From: Promethearchaeota archaeon | GTDB taxonomy: Archaea; Asgardarchaeota; Lokiarchaeia; Sigyniarchaeales; SOKP01 | Direction of reading: 5' to 3' | Length of the DNA stretch: 64,000 bases | Assembly (NCBI GenBank): GCA_016839555.1 | Contig: JAEOUA010000010.1 | Location: 320,001 to 384,000 of the forward strand | Part shown: positions 1-9,857 of the stretch, in pieces | Numbering within the stretch: the first letter of the stretch is position 1 | Layout: every line of letters begins with the position of its first letter | Program-made: the position numbers and the translations under genes | Notes under the pieces: generated by a model | What the model saw: only the letters and a program-made list of their open reading frames with translations | What the model was told of the DNA's origin: nothing | The model's database searches: none

Positions 1-885
1 TAATTCAGAAATAAGGCTATCTGGTCCACAAGCAAAACTAATTAAGAACACAACACCGTCTATTTCATTTCTTCCTTTAGTTAGATAATATCTAACCGCC
101 TGCATGAGCTCTTCCTCATGTATCCAATAATTTTGGAGTTTTCTATTCACAACAACAGGTACTTTAAACACAGATTCAGGCAAATTTTCAATAGTTAATA
201 CCTCCGCGCCCATTTCATGTAATTTCTTCTGAAAATCTAAGTTAATATAGGTATCAAATAGATTATATCCGTGGCCCAGCAACAAAAGTTTTATCTCACC
301 TTTCTTCTGTTTTTTTGGCAATTTGAAGGGTCTGTCTCGCCTAACTAACCGTAATGCATAATTAACAGGAGCACCTTCTCGGAGGAAATTTAAATATTCC
401 CGGTAATAATTCTTTGCTTTTTCATAAGCCTCTAATGATTCTTCTCTGCTTTTTCCTAATTGCTTACCAAGCTCTATAGCAGAAATAGATATGGGAAATT
501 CTTTTATATTAACTTCAAAATTCAATATCTCTGGAACATTGGGAAGAATTTTGATTACATCGGGAAGTGAGATAAATTTAGGACAGAAGAATCCCTCTTT
601 TACATCTGACACGTATCGAGGAACAAACAAATAATCTAAATCCGGGTAATTTTCTATTAAATGAAATATATGCCCATAATAGATTTTCATAGGAATGCAA
701 AGTTCACCAAAGCCATGCTGGACGCCCACCTCTACGATTTTTTTGTTTGTTTCAGGGCTTAATATGATTTCCACTCCTAATTCATCTAAAATTTTTTTCC
801 AAAATGGGAAGTATCGATAGTAATGAAGCGCACGTGCGATACCGACTTTGATTTTTGAACTCTCTTCTTGTTGTATAATTGACAT
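1..885 (-). CDS. Acyl-CoA dehydratase activase-related protein (DUF2229 / 2-hydroxyacyl-CoA dehydratase-like), 3' end runs off the window
   Basis: Not in the ORF track. Manual translation gives MSIIQQEESSKIKVGIARALHYYRYFPFWKKFLDELGVEIILSPETNKKI...ELCIPMKIYYGH...FFCPKF...LLGHGYN...FACGPDSLISEL. An in-frame ATG also occurs at 894. Confidence 0.8.
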   Translation of the reverse strand, partial: MSIIQQEESSKIKVGIARALHYYRYFPFWKKILDELGVEIILSPETNKKIVEVGVQHGFGELCIPMKIYYGHIFHLIENYPDLDYLFVPRYVSDVKEGFFCPKFISLPDVIKILPNVPEILNFEVNIKEFPISISAIELGKQLGKSREESLEAYEKAKNYYREYLNFLREGAPVNYALRLVRRDRPFKLPKKQKKGEIKLLLLGHGYNLFDTYINLDFQKKLHEMGAEVLTIENLPESVFKVPVVVNRKLQNYWIHEEELMQAVRYYLTKGRNEIDGVVFLISFACGPDSLISEL

Positions 886-905
886 TTTAAGCATTTACTA
901 GATGT

Positions 906-2612
906 TTAAACTTCTGTTTCATCATATACTAAGAGTTCTTCAATTCTCTTCATCAGATTATTTGTTAATCTCTTTAATTCATCATAATCTGGCATTGGTT
1001 TATCAAAATATTTTGCATGTTCCATAAAGGGTTCTCCCGCTTTAAAAGTAGAGCCATGTCCAAAATAGATCGTTTTTGCGTGTTTAGGATAGGTATGTTC
1101 GGTACCTGTTATTCCTATGGGAATGATCGGAACTTTCGCATTAATTGCTAACCGAACCGCGCCTGTATGTCCCTCTAAAACCTCTGGTCCAGAGTGAGTA
1201 GTACCTTCGGGATATACCACTACTAATTCTCCATCTTCAAGCCTATCTTTTGAATAACTATAAGATTCCATATCATGAGTACCTCTTCTTAACGGATATG
1301 CGTGGTGAGTTCGCACCCAAGCATTAACAATCGGGATTTGAAATAATTCTTGTTTTGACATCTGATATAGCATCCGTCTCTTCGTCACCTCTAGACAATA
1401 AGCATGCATGATTACATCCCATTCAGAGTTATGATTCGAACAAATCAAAGCTCCTCCTTCATCTGGCACATTCTCATATCCTTCAATTTTAAGTGGCGCA
1501 AAATTGTCAACGATGAATTTTACAGTCGGATATGTGAGACCATGTTGAATAAGTTCTTGGAATTTATATCGGAGTCCAAATTCTTCCAGGATTTTCAATA
1601 AAGCAAACCATGCATCATCGATAGATTGAAGGAAATAATTTTGATAATATTTTAACCAATATTTAAATCCCTTTTGTTGTTTTTCTTTTTTCTCATCTTC
1701 TGGAGATCCTATAGAAAGCTCATCTGGAGTTTTGTGTTTAATTACCTTTTTTGCATATTGTCCCTTTCCTTCACGTAAATCTAGTATCTTTTGCCGTAAT
1801 TCATCTGTTAATTTCCTTGCGAGTTCAGGAGTAAGTTTTCCCTTATATTCATCATAACGGAAGGGTTTTCCTACTCGGGCTTTCACTTGAACGGGAGTAC
1901 CAATTAATTTTCCCTTAGGAAGAGCATCCCGTGATCCTAAAATGGCTATCGGAACTATTGGCACACCAGTCTCTACTGCAAGTCTTACGGCTCCCGTTTT
2001 AAATTCACCTAAAGTGCCATCCATACTTCTCGTACCTTCTGGAAAGATGCCTACGCATTCACCTATTTCTAATTTATGTTTTGCATAAACCCATGCTTTT
2101 TTTACATCCTCCTTATTTCCTCTTTCACCTAATGTAAATGCACTTAAGTTTTTAAATAGCGTACGAATAATGGGAGTCTTAAAGTTCTCTGGTTTGCTCA
2201 TAAAGTTTAATTTACGAAAATTTGTCATACCGCAGAAGAAAGGATCAAGGTGCGAATTATGATCTGAAACTACAATACATGGTTCGGTATCTGGGAAAAG
2301 TTGGCCATCTTCATATTCGCAATCAAATCTCCATAAAAGACGACAAGCGTGTTTTACCCAAATTTCCGCCAGCCACCATTGAATTCTTTGCTCTGATTCG
2401 GTTAGTCCTAATTGATCAATTATTTTACGATAGATATCATTTAAGGGATCAATAGGGTTGTATTTTAAAATTTTATAGAGAAAATTTTGATGAGGTTTTT
2501 TCCATTTTAATTCCTCGCTGGGTCGCTCTTCTTCAGCCTCCCATTCACCTATAGTCTTCTGTTGAATATTACTAATTTTTTCCTTTTCTATTTCACTTTC
2601 TTGTTCTACCAT
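906..2612 (-). CDS. plsC: Lysophospholipid acyltransferase with two tandem PlsC domains
   Basis: Two complete motif sets: HNSHLD...FPEGTRS...VPIVPIAI and HNSEWD...YPEGTTH...VPIIPIGI. Confidence 0.88.
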   Translation of the reverse strand: MVEQESEIEKEKISNIQQKTIGEWEAEEERPSEELKWKKPHQNFLYKILKYNPIDPLNDIYRKIIDQLGLTESEQRIQWWLAEIWVKHACRLLWRFDCEYEDGQLFPDTEPCIVVSDHNSHLDPFFCGMTNFRKLNFMSKPENFKTPIIRTLFKNLSAFTLGERGNKEDVKKAWVYAKHKLEIGECVGIFPEGTRSMDGTLGEFKTGAVRLAVETGVPIVPIAILGSRDALPKGKLIGTPVQVKARVGKPFRYDEYKGKLTPELARKLTDELRQKILDLREGKGQYAKKVIKHKTPDELSIGSPEDEKKEKQQKGFKYWLKYYQNYFLQSIDDAWFALLKILEEFGLRYKFQELIQHGLTYPTVKFIVDNFAPLKIEGYENVPDEGGALICSNHNSEWDVIMHAYCLEVTKRRMLYQMSKQELFQIPIVNAWVRTHHAYPLRRGTHDMESYSYSKDRLEDGELVVVYPEGTTHSGPEVLEGHTGAVRLAINAKVPIIPIGITGTEHTYPKHAKTIYFGHGSTFKAGEPFMEHAKYFDKPMPDYDELKRLTNNLMKRIEELLVYDETEV

Positions 2613-2628
2613 ATTAAAATATCATCTC

Positions 2629-3420
2629 TCAAGATTTTATTTTTAATGAATTTTTTTCATTAGTGTTTGTTATTTCTTTATATTTTATTCCAAATAATTC
2701 CAATAATTGGTTCAACGAATTCAAAAGTAAATCAGGATGAAAACTCTGAAGAATATCCTCATTACTTATTCCACTGGAAATAGCAATGGTCCATAATCCC
2801 GCTTCACGGCCAGCTTCTATATCTGTGGGCATATCTCCCACCAGCAAAAATTCATTTCCATGAAAGGGATTATATCGGCTTAAGACGGGCTGAAGTGCTC
2901 GAGGATCTGGCTTTAATACCGGTAATTCATCGGCTCCAAAAACACCATCGAAATAATCCTTACAATTTTCCTCCTCTAAATGCTGGATGATATTCTTCGT
3001 CTGATTATGAGAAACTATATACAAATCGTATTTTTTACTCAATTCTTTAATTAATTGAATAGCTTCTGCGAAAAATTTCGCTTCTTTTTCATATTCTAAA
3101 TATTTAGAGAAGATTTTGGTGGCAATGCTTAATTTTTTTAAGAAGGTGATATTGCTTAGCGAGGTTATATGTTTGAAGATTTGATGTGATTGAAGGATTA
3201 TTTTTGGTAATGGATATCCTTGTACAGATTCTATCACGGCCCCTATCTCTTTAATAGTTTTTTCCATATCATATTCAATCTTATTTTCTTTGAGAACTTC
3301 ATCAATTGAACGTTCTAGTGGTTCATTTATATCCAATAACGTGCCATCAAAATCAAAAATGATACTACGTAAAGTATTGGATTCAAGCCAATTCAATAGT
3401 AGATTGTCTTTATCGTTCAT
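2629..3420 (-). CDS. HAD-superfamily phosphatase (phosphoglycolate phosphatase-like)
   Basis: DFDGT motif I, KPDP, GDMPTD motif IV. Confidence 0.85.
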   Translation of the reverse strand: MNDKDNLLLNWLESNTLRSIIFDFDGTLLDINEPLERSIDEVLKENKIEYDMEKTIKEIGAVIESVQGYPLPKIILQSHQIFKHITSLSNITFLKKLSIATKIFSKYLEYEKEAKFFAEAIQLIKELSKKYDLYIVSHNQTKNIIQHLEEENCKDYFDGVFGADELPVLKPDPRALQPVLSRYNPFHGNEFLLVGDMPTDIEAGREAGLWTIAISSGISNEDILQSFHPDLLLNSLNQLLELFGIKYKEITNTNEKNSLKIKS

Positions 3421-3841
3421 ATCTCCTACTCGCTTTGTTATATAGGTATCTATTGTTTTAATTCGGAATAAAATTCTACTTAAAAGATCTTTTATATTAA
3501 ATTTTTATTTATATATTCAAGATTTTTATAAAAAGCTTTTGCGATAAAAAATAAGATTATGGATATTACTAATTTACTAATTTTTGGTAAAATTTATAAC
3601 TCAATTTACAAGTTAGTATAATTACTTGTAAGATCTAATCAAACTCGTAAAAATTTTATTAAGGATTAAAAAAATTTTTATATGTTCTTATGATTAAATT
3701 AGGATAATTCTTAGAAATAGAATTAAATAAACCTTGTCATAGGCTATATAAAATATATAAATTAAAATTTGAAAATTGATTTTACCACACATATTCTGTT
3801 TTTATTAATTTTCTAACCTAATAACAAGGAATAGTAAAATT

Positions 3842-5281
3842 ATGAAAAAAAAAGAAGATCGGGAAGACTTAAAAGGTTCCTATAATAAAAAATTATGGCC
3901 CTTATACTTGCTTAATGGATTCCAGTCCATTGCGTTTGGAGGTTTTATAATTTTAATAGTTCCGCTTTCAGAAATCTTTTGGCCCGGTGATACTACTCAT
4001 TTTATAGAGATGGGGTTGTTATATTCAACTTTATCTTGGACATCTGCGATTGGGGGGTTGTTATTGGGTAGATTAATTGATAAATATTCAAGAAAATTGA
4101 TTATTATCATTATTTCTATTTTTAGAGGATTTCCGATGATATTACTAGGTTTTGCCATAGCGGGACAAGGAATTAACACCTGGACTTATTTTATTGTAAT
4201 GATTGCTATCTTTGGTTTTTCTGCGGGAGGATCTTGGCCATGTGTCATAAGTCTCTCAAATGATATCGTTCCCAGAAATTATCGCAGCCGTTTTTTTGGG
4301 TTATACGAAATAATTCGCCGAAGTTCTAATATGGGGGGGTGGCTTATTGTGACTTATCTTGTACAATATGGTTTTTGGAGGGAATATTTTTGGGGTATAG
4401 GTATTCTAATATTATTCTCAGGAGGCATTTTTGCCATTCATAACAAAGAACCTAAACGAGGAGCAATACAAGAAGAACTATATGATGTGTTGAAAGATGA
4501 ATCGATTGTCTACGATTTTCAAATAGACAAAAAAATGATAAAGGAAACCATGCTTAGTAAGACAAATATTGTTGCCCTTATTGAGGGAATTTTTACTTGG
4601 ATTTTAATGTCAAGTTTAAATTTCCTTATTTTAAATTTCATTCAAAATCCCCCGATAAATATTTCTGAATTTTCTACAGCTGTATTTCTAGTATTTTTCG
4701 GATTAACCGGGGGAGTTTTTTCCCAACTTGTGTTTGCTCGAATGAGTGATAAGCTTGCTGAGAAAAAAAGTATTATACGCTTGCCTATCATTGTCATGTC
4801 TATAGCAGGAGGACTTGCGACCTTCGCTGTTTTCTTTTTCTTACCATGGCAACCCTTTACTCCTGAACAAGGTAAAGATATCTTCTTTTTATTGACTTTA
4901 CCAATTATCTGGATTATGGGCACATTATTTTTCACTTCTCGGTCTTTCTTTTCTTTATATATCTCGAATCAAGCCCCTGTATTACAAGAGATTAATCTCC
5001 CAGAAGCTCAAGGACAAATTATTTCTTGGAATCAATTTCTCGAAGCATTTGGAAGGGGGATTGGTCCCACATTATGCGGGGTTTTATTGGAGGTTACTAA
5101 TAAAAATTATCAGTTGACAGTTCTTATTGTAGTCGTATGTATTCTGCCCGGCATCGTTTTGTGGCTATTAGCTTTAAAATGGTATCCTAATGATCGTAAA
5201 AATATCAAGAAGATTCTAAAACAGAGAGCAGAGCTATTAAAATCGCAAAATAGGCAAAAATTTAATCCAGATACAATTTAA
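3842..5281 (+). CDS. MFS transporter
   Basis: About 12 hydrophobic segments; motif A GRLIDKYSRK. Confidence 0.85.
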   Translation: MKKKEDREDLKGSYNKKLWPLYLLNGFQSIAFGGFIILIVPLSEIFWPGDTTHFIEMGLLYSTLSWTSAIGGLLLGRLIDKYSRKLIIIIISIFRGFPMILLGFAIAGQGINTWTYFIVMIAIFGFSAGGSWPCVISLSNDIVPRNYRSRFFGLYEIIRRSSNMGGWLIVTYLVQYGFWREYFWGIGILILFSGGIFAIHNKEPKRGAIQEELYDVLKDESIVYDFQIDKKMIKETMLSKTNIVALIEGIFTWILMSSLNFLILNFIQNPPINISEFSTAVFLVFFGLTGGVFSQLVFARMSDKLAEKKSIIRLPIIVMSIAGGLATFAVFFFLPWQPFTPEQGKDIFFLLTLPIIWIMGTLFFTSRSFFSLYISNQAPVLQEINLPEAQGQIISWNQFLEAFGRGIGPTLCGVLLEVTNKNYQLTVLIVVVCILPGIVLWLLALKWYPNDRKNIKKILKQRAELLKSQNRQKFNPDTI

Positions 5282-5313
5282 TTTTCATTAATTCTAATTT
5301 ATAAGAAAATAGG

Positions 5314-6534
5314 TTATTTATTGGCTATTTTAAGACTTATAATAATTCCAATTGATATAATTATAAATGCAATGACAATATAATATAATATTGGAATCCC
5401 AAATATGACATAAACAACACCTACAAAAGAATATCCCAAGAATCTGAGGCTATTAATAATTGCTGAATTAGTACCCTTCGCTTCTGGATTCAAGTCCATA
5501 GATTTTTTAAATAATGCGGGCCAAATGAAAACAGAACCTAAATAGATTATAAAACTAATTATTGAAAATATTAGAATTGATGTACTATATTGAAGCATTA
5601 AAATAGTTATCATTAACACAAAACCCAATAGGATCATAGTTAAGGGTCTAATTTTATCTAATAACGACCCACTGAACGGAGAAATAATAACTGAGATAAG
5701 TCCATTGACTGTTAAAATAAGTGAGACTGCATTTGCGACTTCTAGAGTACTTAAATTCTGTATATTTATATTCATTTGCTCGTTTAAAGTATTCGTTAAG
5801 GTGATAACGGTAAAAAAACAGAAGAAGCCAAGGCATCCAAGTAATAAAATCTCTTTTTTTAGATTTTCTTTTAATTGCACTTTTAGGGCCTTAATATGAT
5901 ATTTTACCTCTAGAAGACCCTTCTTTTTTTCCCTTTCCTTTAAATCAAAAGGTCTACATATTAAAACTTCACAATTATTTAATGCATAAAAAAATAATAT
6001 TAAGGAAAGGCCAGTAATTATAGGATTAAAAATAAATAATAATCTCCAATTTATATTTGCGAATAACCCCGCTAAAATCGCTCCACCACTTATTCCGATT
6101 CCCGCCGAACTATTATAAATCCCCATGATTAATCCTTCCTTTTCTTCAGGAGTAATAATGCTTAGTATTGCAAGTACTGTGGGATTGATAAGAGCAAAAC
6201 CTAATCCTTGAATAAAAAGGGCAAACAAAAACAAATAATAATTTTTCAGATAAACCGATAGTAAGCATGTCAGTATTCCTAATAAAAATAAAATATATCC
6301 TCCTAAAACAACTTGTTTTTTATCGACAATATCAGAAAATGTGCCCGCAAATAACTGGAGTACCGCGAATGGGAACATATAAATGAAAAAAGCTAATGAG
6401 ATAAAAGAAACAGAAGATAAAGAAAAATTGTCTCTTAATTGTTCAAAAAGAGGGATTAAAGCATTGGTGGATAATGGTCCTAACACAGAGGAAAGAAAAA
6501 TCAAATAATATCTTTTTCGAAAGGTGGTTTCCAT
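5314..6534 (-). CDS. MFS transporter
   Basis: About 12 hydrophobic segments; motif-A variant GTFSDIVDKK. Confidence 0.85.
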   Translation of the reverse strand: METTFRKRYYLIFLSSVLGPLSTNALIPLFEQLRDNFSLSSVSFISLAFFIYMFPFAVLQLFAGTFSDIVDKKQVVLGGYILFLLGILTCLLSVYLKNYYLFLFALFIQGLGFALINPTVLAILSIITPEEKEGLIMGIYNSSAGIGISGGAILAGLFANINWRLLFIFNPIITGLSLILFFYALNNCEVLICRPFDLKEREKKKGLLEVKYHIKALKVQLKENLKKEILLLGCLGFFCFFTVITLTNTLNEQMNINIQNLSTLEVANAVSLILTVNGLISVIISPFSGSLLDKIRPLTMILLGFVLMITILMLQYSTSILIFSIISFIIYLGSVFIWPALFKKSMDLNPEAKGTNSAIINSLRFLGYSFVGVVYVIFGIPILYYIVIAFIIISIGIIISLKIANK

Positions 6535-6776
6535 TTTGTTAGCTTAAATTTTAAGGGTATTTCTAGAAAAACGATTAATCACTATAAATTCTTTTTTTAA
6601 TTTATTATTAATTGCATTTAAATGAAATCTTTTTTAGTCGGTTATTTTTTTCCTTACTCATATTTTCTCTCAAATAATTATATCTTAATATTAGAACATA
6701 AATTAGATTATTCAGAGACTTATATATGAAGTTGATTTTCACTTTAGAATATTAGGAAAAAATAAATAGAAAATAA

Positions 6777-7073
6777 TTAGATATCAAGTGTTCTAAGTTT
6801 ATGTGAAACACTTCTGCGCCTCAAAATTTTTACAAAATCATTTTGTTTTTGTTCTAATTGATTTAAAAAAATATCCAGCTTATCAAAATTATTAAAAAAG
6901 TATTCTTCCCCATTGGCAATAATTTTTACCCCTCGGTTGTTTTGTTCTATAATCGCATAAATCCCTCCAATTGTTGGATCATGCTTAATAAATATTTTTT
7001 TATTTTCATTTGCCTCATTACCCTTTTTAGCCCAAAAATTATTCTTTAGCAAAAAATTTCTATACATACTCAA
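6777..7073 (-). CDS. Hypothetical protein
   Basis: 98-codon ORF (TTG start) with no competing ORF; no recognisable motif. Confidence 0.5.
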   Translation of the reverse strand: MSMYRNFLLKNNFWAKKGNEANENKKIFIKHDPTIGGIYAIIEQNNRGVKIIANGEEYFFNNFDKLDIFLNQLEQKQNDFVKILRRRSVSHKLRTLDI

Positions 7074-7794
7074 TTTTCAATCACACACAATCTTTTAATT
7101 TTTAATATATATTTTGTATTGCTATATCTGAGTAATATAAATCAATTCCTTATTATAGAACACAATGTTATGTAGGAAAATATCTATGTATTATTTGTAT
7201 TTTTACAGGTGAAATCTTTTTTTATAATACTTATTTTTTAAAGTATATTTTTTAAAACCATCAAAATTATATTTAAATCATTAAGTAAAATAATTTCAAT
7301 TAATAAAACAAAAATTTTGATGGGGAGAAGTTAAAAATTTTTCCACTGCAAAATTATTATTTAAAAAACTAGAAAATTAAATAATTTTGTTAATTTAATT
7401 TTACTAACATATTGCTATGCAACTAGCTTCTTCCAAACTCAATTATTTTATTTTCCATAAGATTTTTTATTTATATTTTCCAAAATAAATAATTTATCTC
7501 AAAAAAAATGAAAGATGATATGGAAGGAGTGATCAATATAATTCAATTAAAATTTTTATGGCTAAACAATCCTTTATCTATTTTAATAGATATTCTGAAT
7601 TTGTTCAATAAGAAATCTTAAATTTAAATAAAAATGAACATTTTTTAGAAATCTAAACATTTAAATATGATACTCCTTCTTAATTTTTTCTCAACTAATA
7701 GTGTAATAATTAGATCACACAATAAGTAATAGAAATTTGTGAAATAAAATTTTTTCTAAGCATAATAGCTAGGATAAAATTTGTGGAGATTGAG

Positions 7795-7899
7795 ATGTTT
7801 CCTCACAGTTTATTAAGACAATCTCCGGAGAAAAAAATTGTTCGCGATACGGTATTGTCTTGGAAAGTTAGCGAATGGAAAAAAAACCGGTTTTTATGA
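7795..7899 (+). CDS. Possible 34-aa small ORF / leader peptide
   Basis: MFPHSLLRQSPEKKIVRDTVLSWKVSEWKKNRFL*, with GGAG just upstream of the ATG and a hairpin directly after the stop. Confidence 0.3.
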   Translation: MFPHSLLRQSPEKKIVRDTVLSWKVSEWKKNRFL

Positions 7900-7930
7900 A
7901 AGAGGGGTTGTGCTATGCAACCTCTCTTTC
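7898..7930. terminator. 13-bp stem-loop, possible terminator or RNA element
   Basis: GAAAGAGGGGTTG-tgctatg-CAACCTCTCTTTC, with one G-U pair in the stem on the + strand; lies 40 nt past the PUA gene stop. Confidence 0.5.
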
Positions 7931-7970
7931 TAAATATATAAATTTTAAAAAAGTGATATAATATTAAAGT

Positions 7971-8492
7971 TTAAGTTTTGAATTCTTTTGCAAATTCCCA
8001 TACAGCATCTTGAATTGTATGAAAATTTTTAATAACTTTACCCTTTTTCATTTCTTCCATCATATTAGCATCATATAAAGCACTCCCAACTGCGAGTATA
8101 CGATCATTTTTTTCATCTGAAATGCGGATGATATCTCCTTTTTTAATATCTGGATCAATTTGAGTAATTCCAGGCCTCATTATATCTGCCCCATTAGTTA
8201 CATAAGGAACTGCCCCCATATCAACCACCACTGTTTTTAATCCAATTCTATTATCTAATAATAAAGTGAGCACAGGAATATAATTCTCTTTAGATTTCCA
8301 TAATGTTAATTTGTCATTCACAGCGTATAATTTATCATCGTCTGCCGTAATTATTATTTCAATTTTGGAATTATCTGGAATAAGTTGACGAACAATGGCA
8401 TCATCATAGTACTTTTTTAATTCTTCTTTTAAGTCTTTCAACTGATCTTGTCGAATAAAATGTCTGTGCTTAATATTATCTTTAATATTCAT
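7971..8492 (-). CDS. Archaeal pre-PUA/PUA RNA-binding protein (MCT-1/Tma20-like)
   Basis: VVVDMGAVPYVTNGADIMRPGI...AVG...KGKVIKNFHTIQD. Confidence 0.9.
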   Translation of the reverse strand: MNIKDNIKHRHFIRQDQLKDLKEELKKYYDDAIVRQLIPDNSKIEIIITADDDKLYAVNDKLTLWKSKENYIPVLTLLLDNRIGLKTVVVDMGAVPYVTNGADIMRPGITQIDPDIKKGDIIRISDEKNDRILAVGSALYDANMMEEMKKGKVIKNFHTIQDAVWEFAKEFKT

Positions 8493-8573
8493 TTTCTAAC
8501 TAATAATAACTCTTGTTAACATAAAAATCTTTTAATCATCCTTAATTATTATATTTGAGAAATAATTAAACCT

Positions 8574-9113
8574 ATGAATAAAACAGTCGCTTCTGCTTGT
8601 GTTATTATCCCACCTGAAGAAATATGGGAGCCCATTCAGAAAATCAGAAGAACATATGATAGTAAAATCCATCGATGGATGCCGCATATTAATCTCTTTT
8701 ATCCTTTTGCTCCCATGCAAGAATATGATAAAATATTTAAAAAATTTGAAAATAAGTGCAAAACAATAAAGGTATTTACTATATCTCTCAAACAATTTAA
8801 ATATTTCCAGCATAGATATCAAAACCATACCATCTGGCTTGATCCAGAACCAAATGAGTTGATTATCGATCTTCAAAGAGAATTATTAAAACTTGTTCCT
8901 GAATATAATGATGTTAATAAATTTTCACGAGGATTTCGACCTCATTTAAGTATAGGACAATTTACCACTTATAAAATTTATGATTTTATTGCTCAATTAC
9001 AAAAAAATTGGGAAGTTTTGACATTTCAAGTTAATCAGATTTATTTTATTAGTCATGAAAATGTTAAAGATTCTGCTTTTAAAATAATAAAAAAACTCAA
9101 ATTAAATCAATAA
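8574..9113 (+). CDS. 2H phosphoesterase (2'-5' RNA ligase family)
   Basis: Two PHx(N/S) motifs: RWMPHINLFYPF and FRPHLSIGQF. Confidence 0.85.
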   Translation: MNKTVASACVIIPPEEIWEPIQKIRRTYDSKIHRWMPHINLFYPFAPMQEYDKIFKKFENKCKTIKVFTISLKQFKYFQHRYQNHTIWLDPEPNELIIDLQRELLKLVPEYNDVNKFSRGFRPHLSIGQFTTYKIYDFIAQLQKNWEVLTFQVNQIYFISHENVKDSAFKIIKKLKLNQ

Positions 9114-9238
9114 ACATTTCCTTCGGTTTATCTCGAAATAAATATTTCAAACAAATAAATAAATAAACTAAATGTATTATACTAGTATAAGAATATAATT
9201 ATTCTACTATCATTATATACTTAAAAATAAGAAGAAAT

Positions 9239-9838
9239 ATGCCGGAAAATAACGCTAATATTATTGACGATAAGGAAAAGATTATATTTAAGGGAAAGAC
9301 TGAGCTAATAACAAAGATTATCGTGATCGGGGATCCTGCTGTAGGTAAGACCTCTTTATTAACGAAATTTACCTCAAATAAATTCGAAAAAAAATATCTT
9401 CCCACCGTCGGAGTAAATATCGTAAAGGAGCCTGTGGAGGTACAAGATAGGAAGGGAAAAAATGCTTTGGTAAACATTATGTTCTGGGATATTGCCGGAC
9501 AGCCCCAATTCTATATGCTTCATAAGCCTTATTTCAAAGGGGCGGATGCTATGATTCTTGTATTTGATGTGACGCGCAGTAGTACGTTTTCAAACGTAAA
9601 GAATTGGCACAATACAGCCATCAAATATGGACTTAGTGGAATCCCAAAAATACTTATCGCAAATAAGATAGATCTCGAAAAAAAGATAAAAATCATTGTA
9701 CCTATGATTCAACACCTTGCAGATGAATTAAATTGCCCCTATTTTGAAACATCCGCTTTAACTGGCAAAAATGTAAAGCCTCTTTTTGAAAGTCTAGCAA
9801 GAAAGCTTTTAGAATTTAAACAAAGAACAAGTAAATAA
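9239..9838 (+). CDS. Rab-like small GTPase
   Basis: G1 GDPAVGKT, G2 PTVGV, G3 WDIAGQ, G4 NKID, G5 ETSALTG; no C-terminal prenylation Cys. Confidence 0.92.
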   Translation: MPENNANIIDDKEKIIFKGKTELITKIIVIGDPAVGKTSLLTKFTSNKFEKKYLPTVGVNIVKEPVEVQDRKGKNALVNIMFWDIAGQPQFYMLHKPYFKGADAMILVFDVTRSSTFSNVKNWHNTAIKYGLSGIPKILIANKIDLEKKIKIIVPMIQHLADELNCPYFETSALTGKNVKPLFESLARKLLEFKQRTSK

Positions 9839-9857
9839 TTATTTTTTATTCTTTTCA

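Noticed and set aside
7897-7941. TGA followed by a hairpin, as possible selenocysteine readthrough (U-K-R-G-C...)
   Set aside because: No selenoprotein homology and no UxxC spacing; lokiarchaeal SECIS elements are 3'-UTR type.
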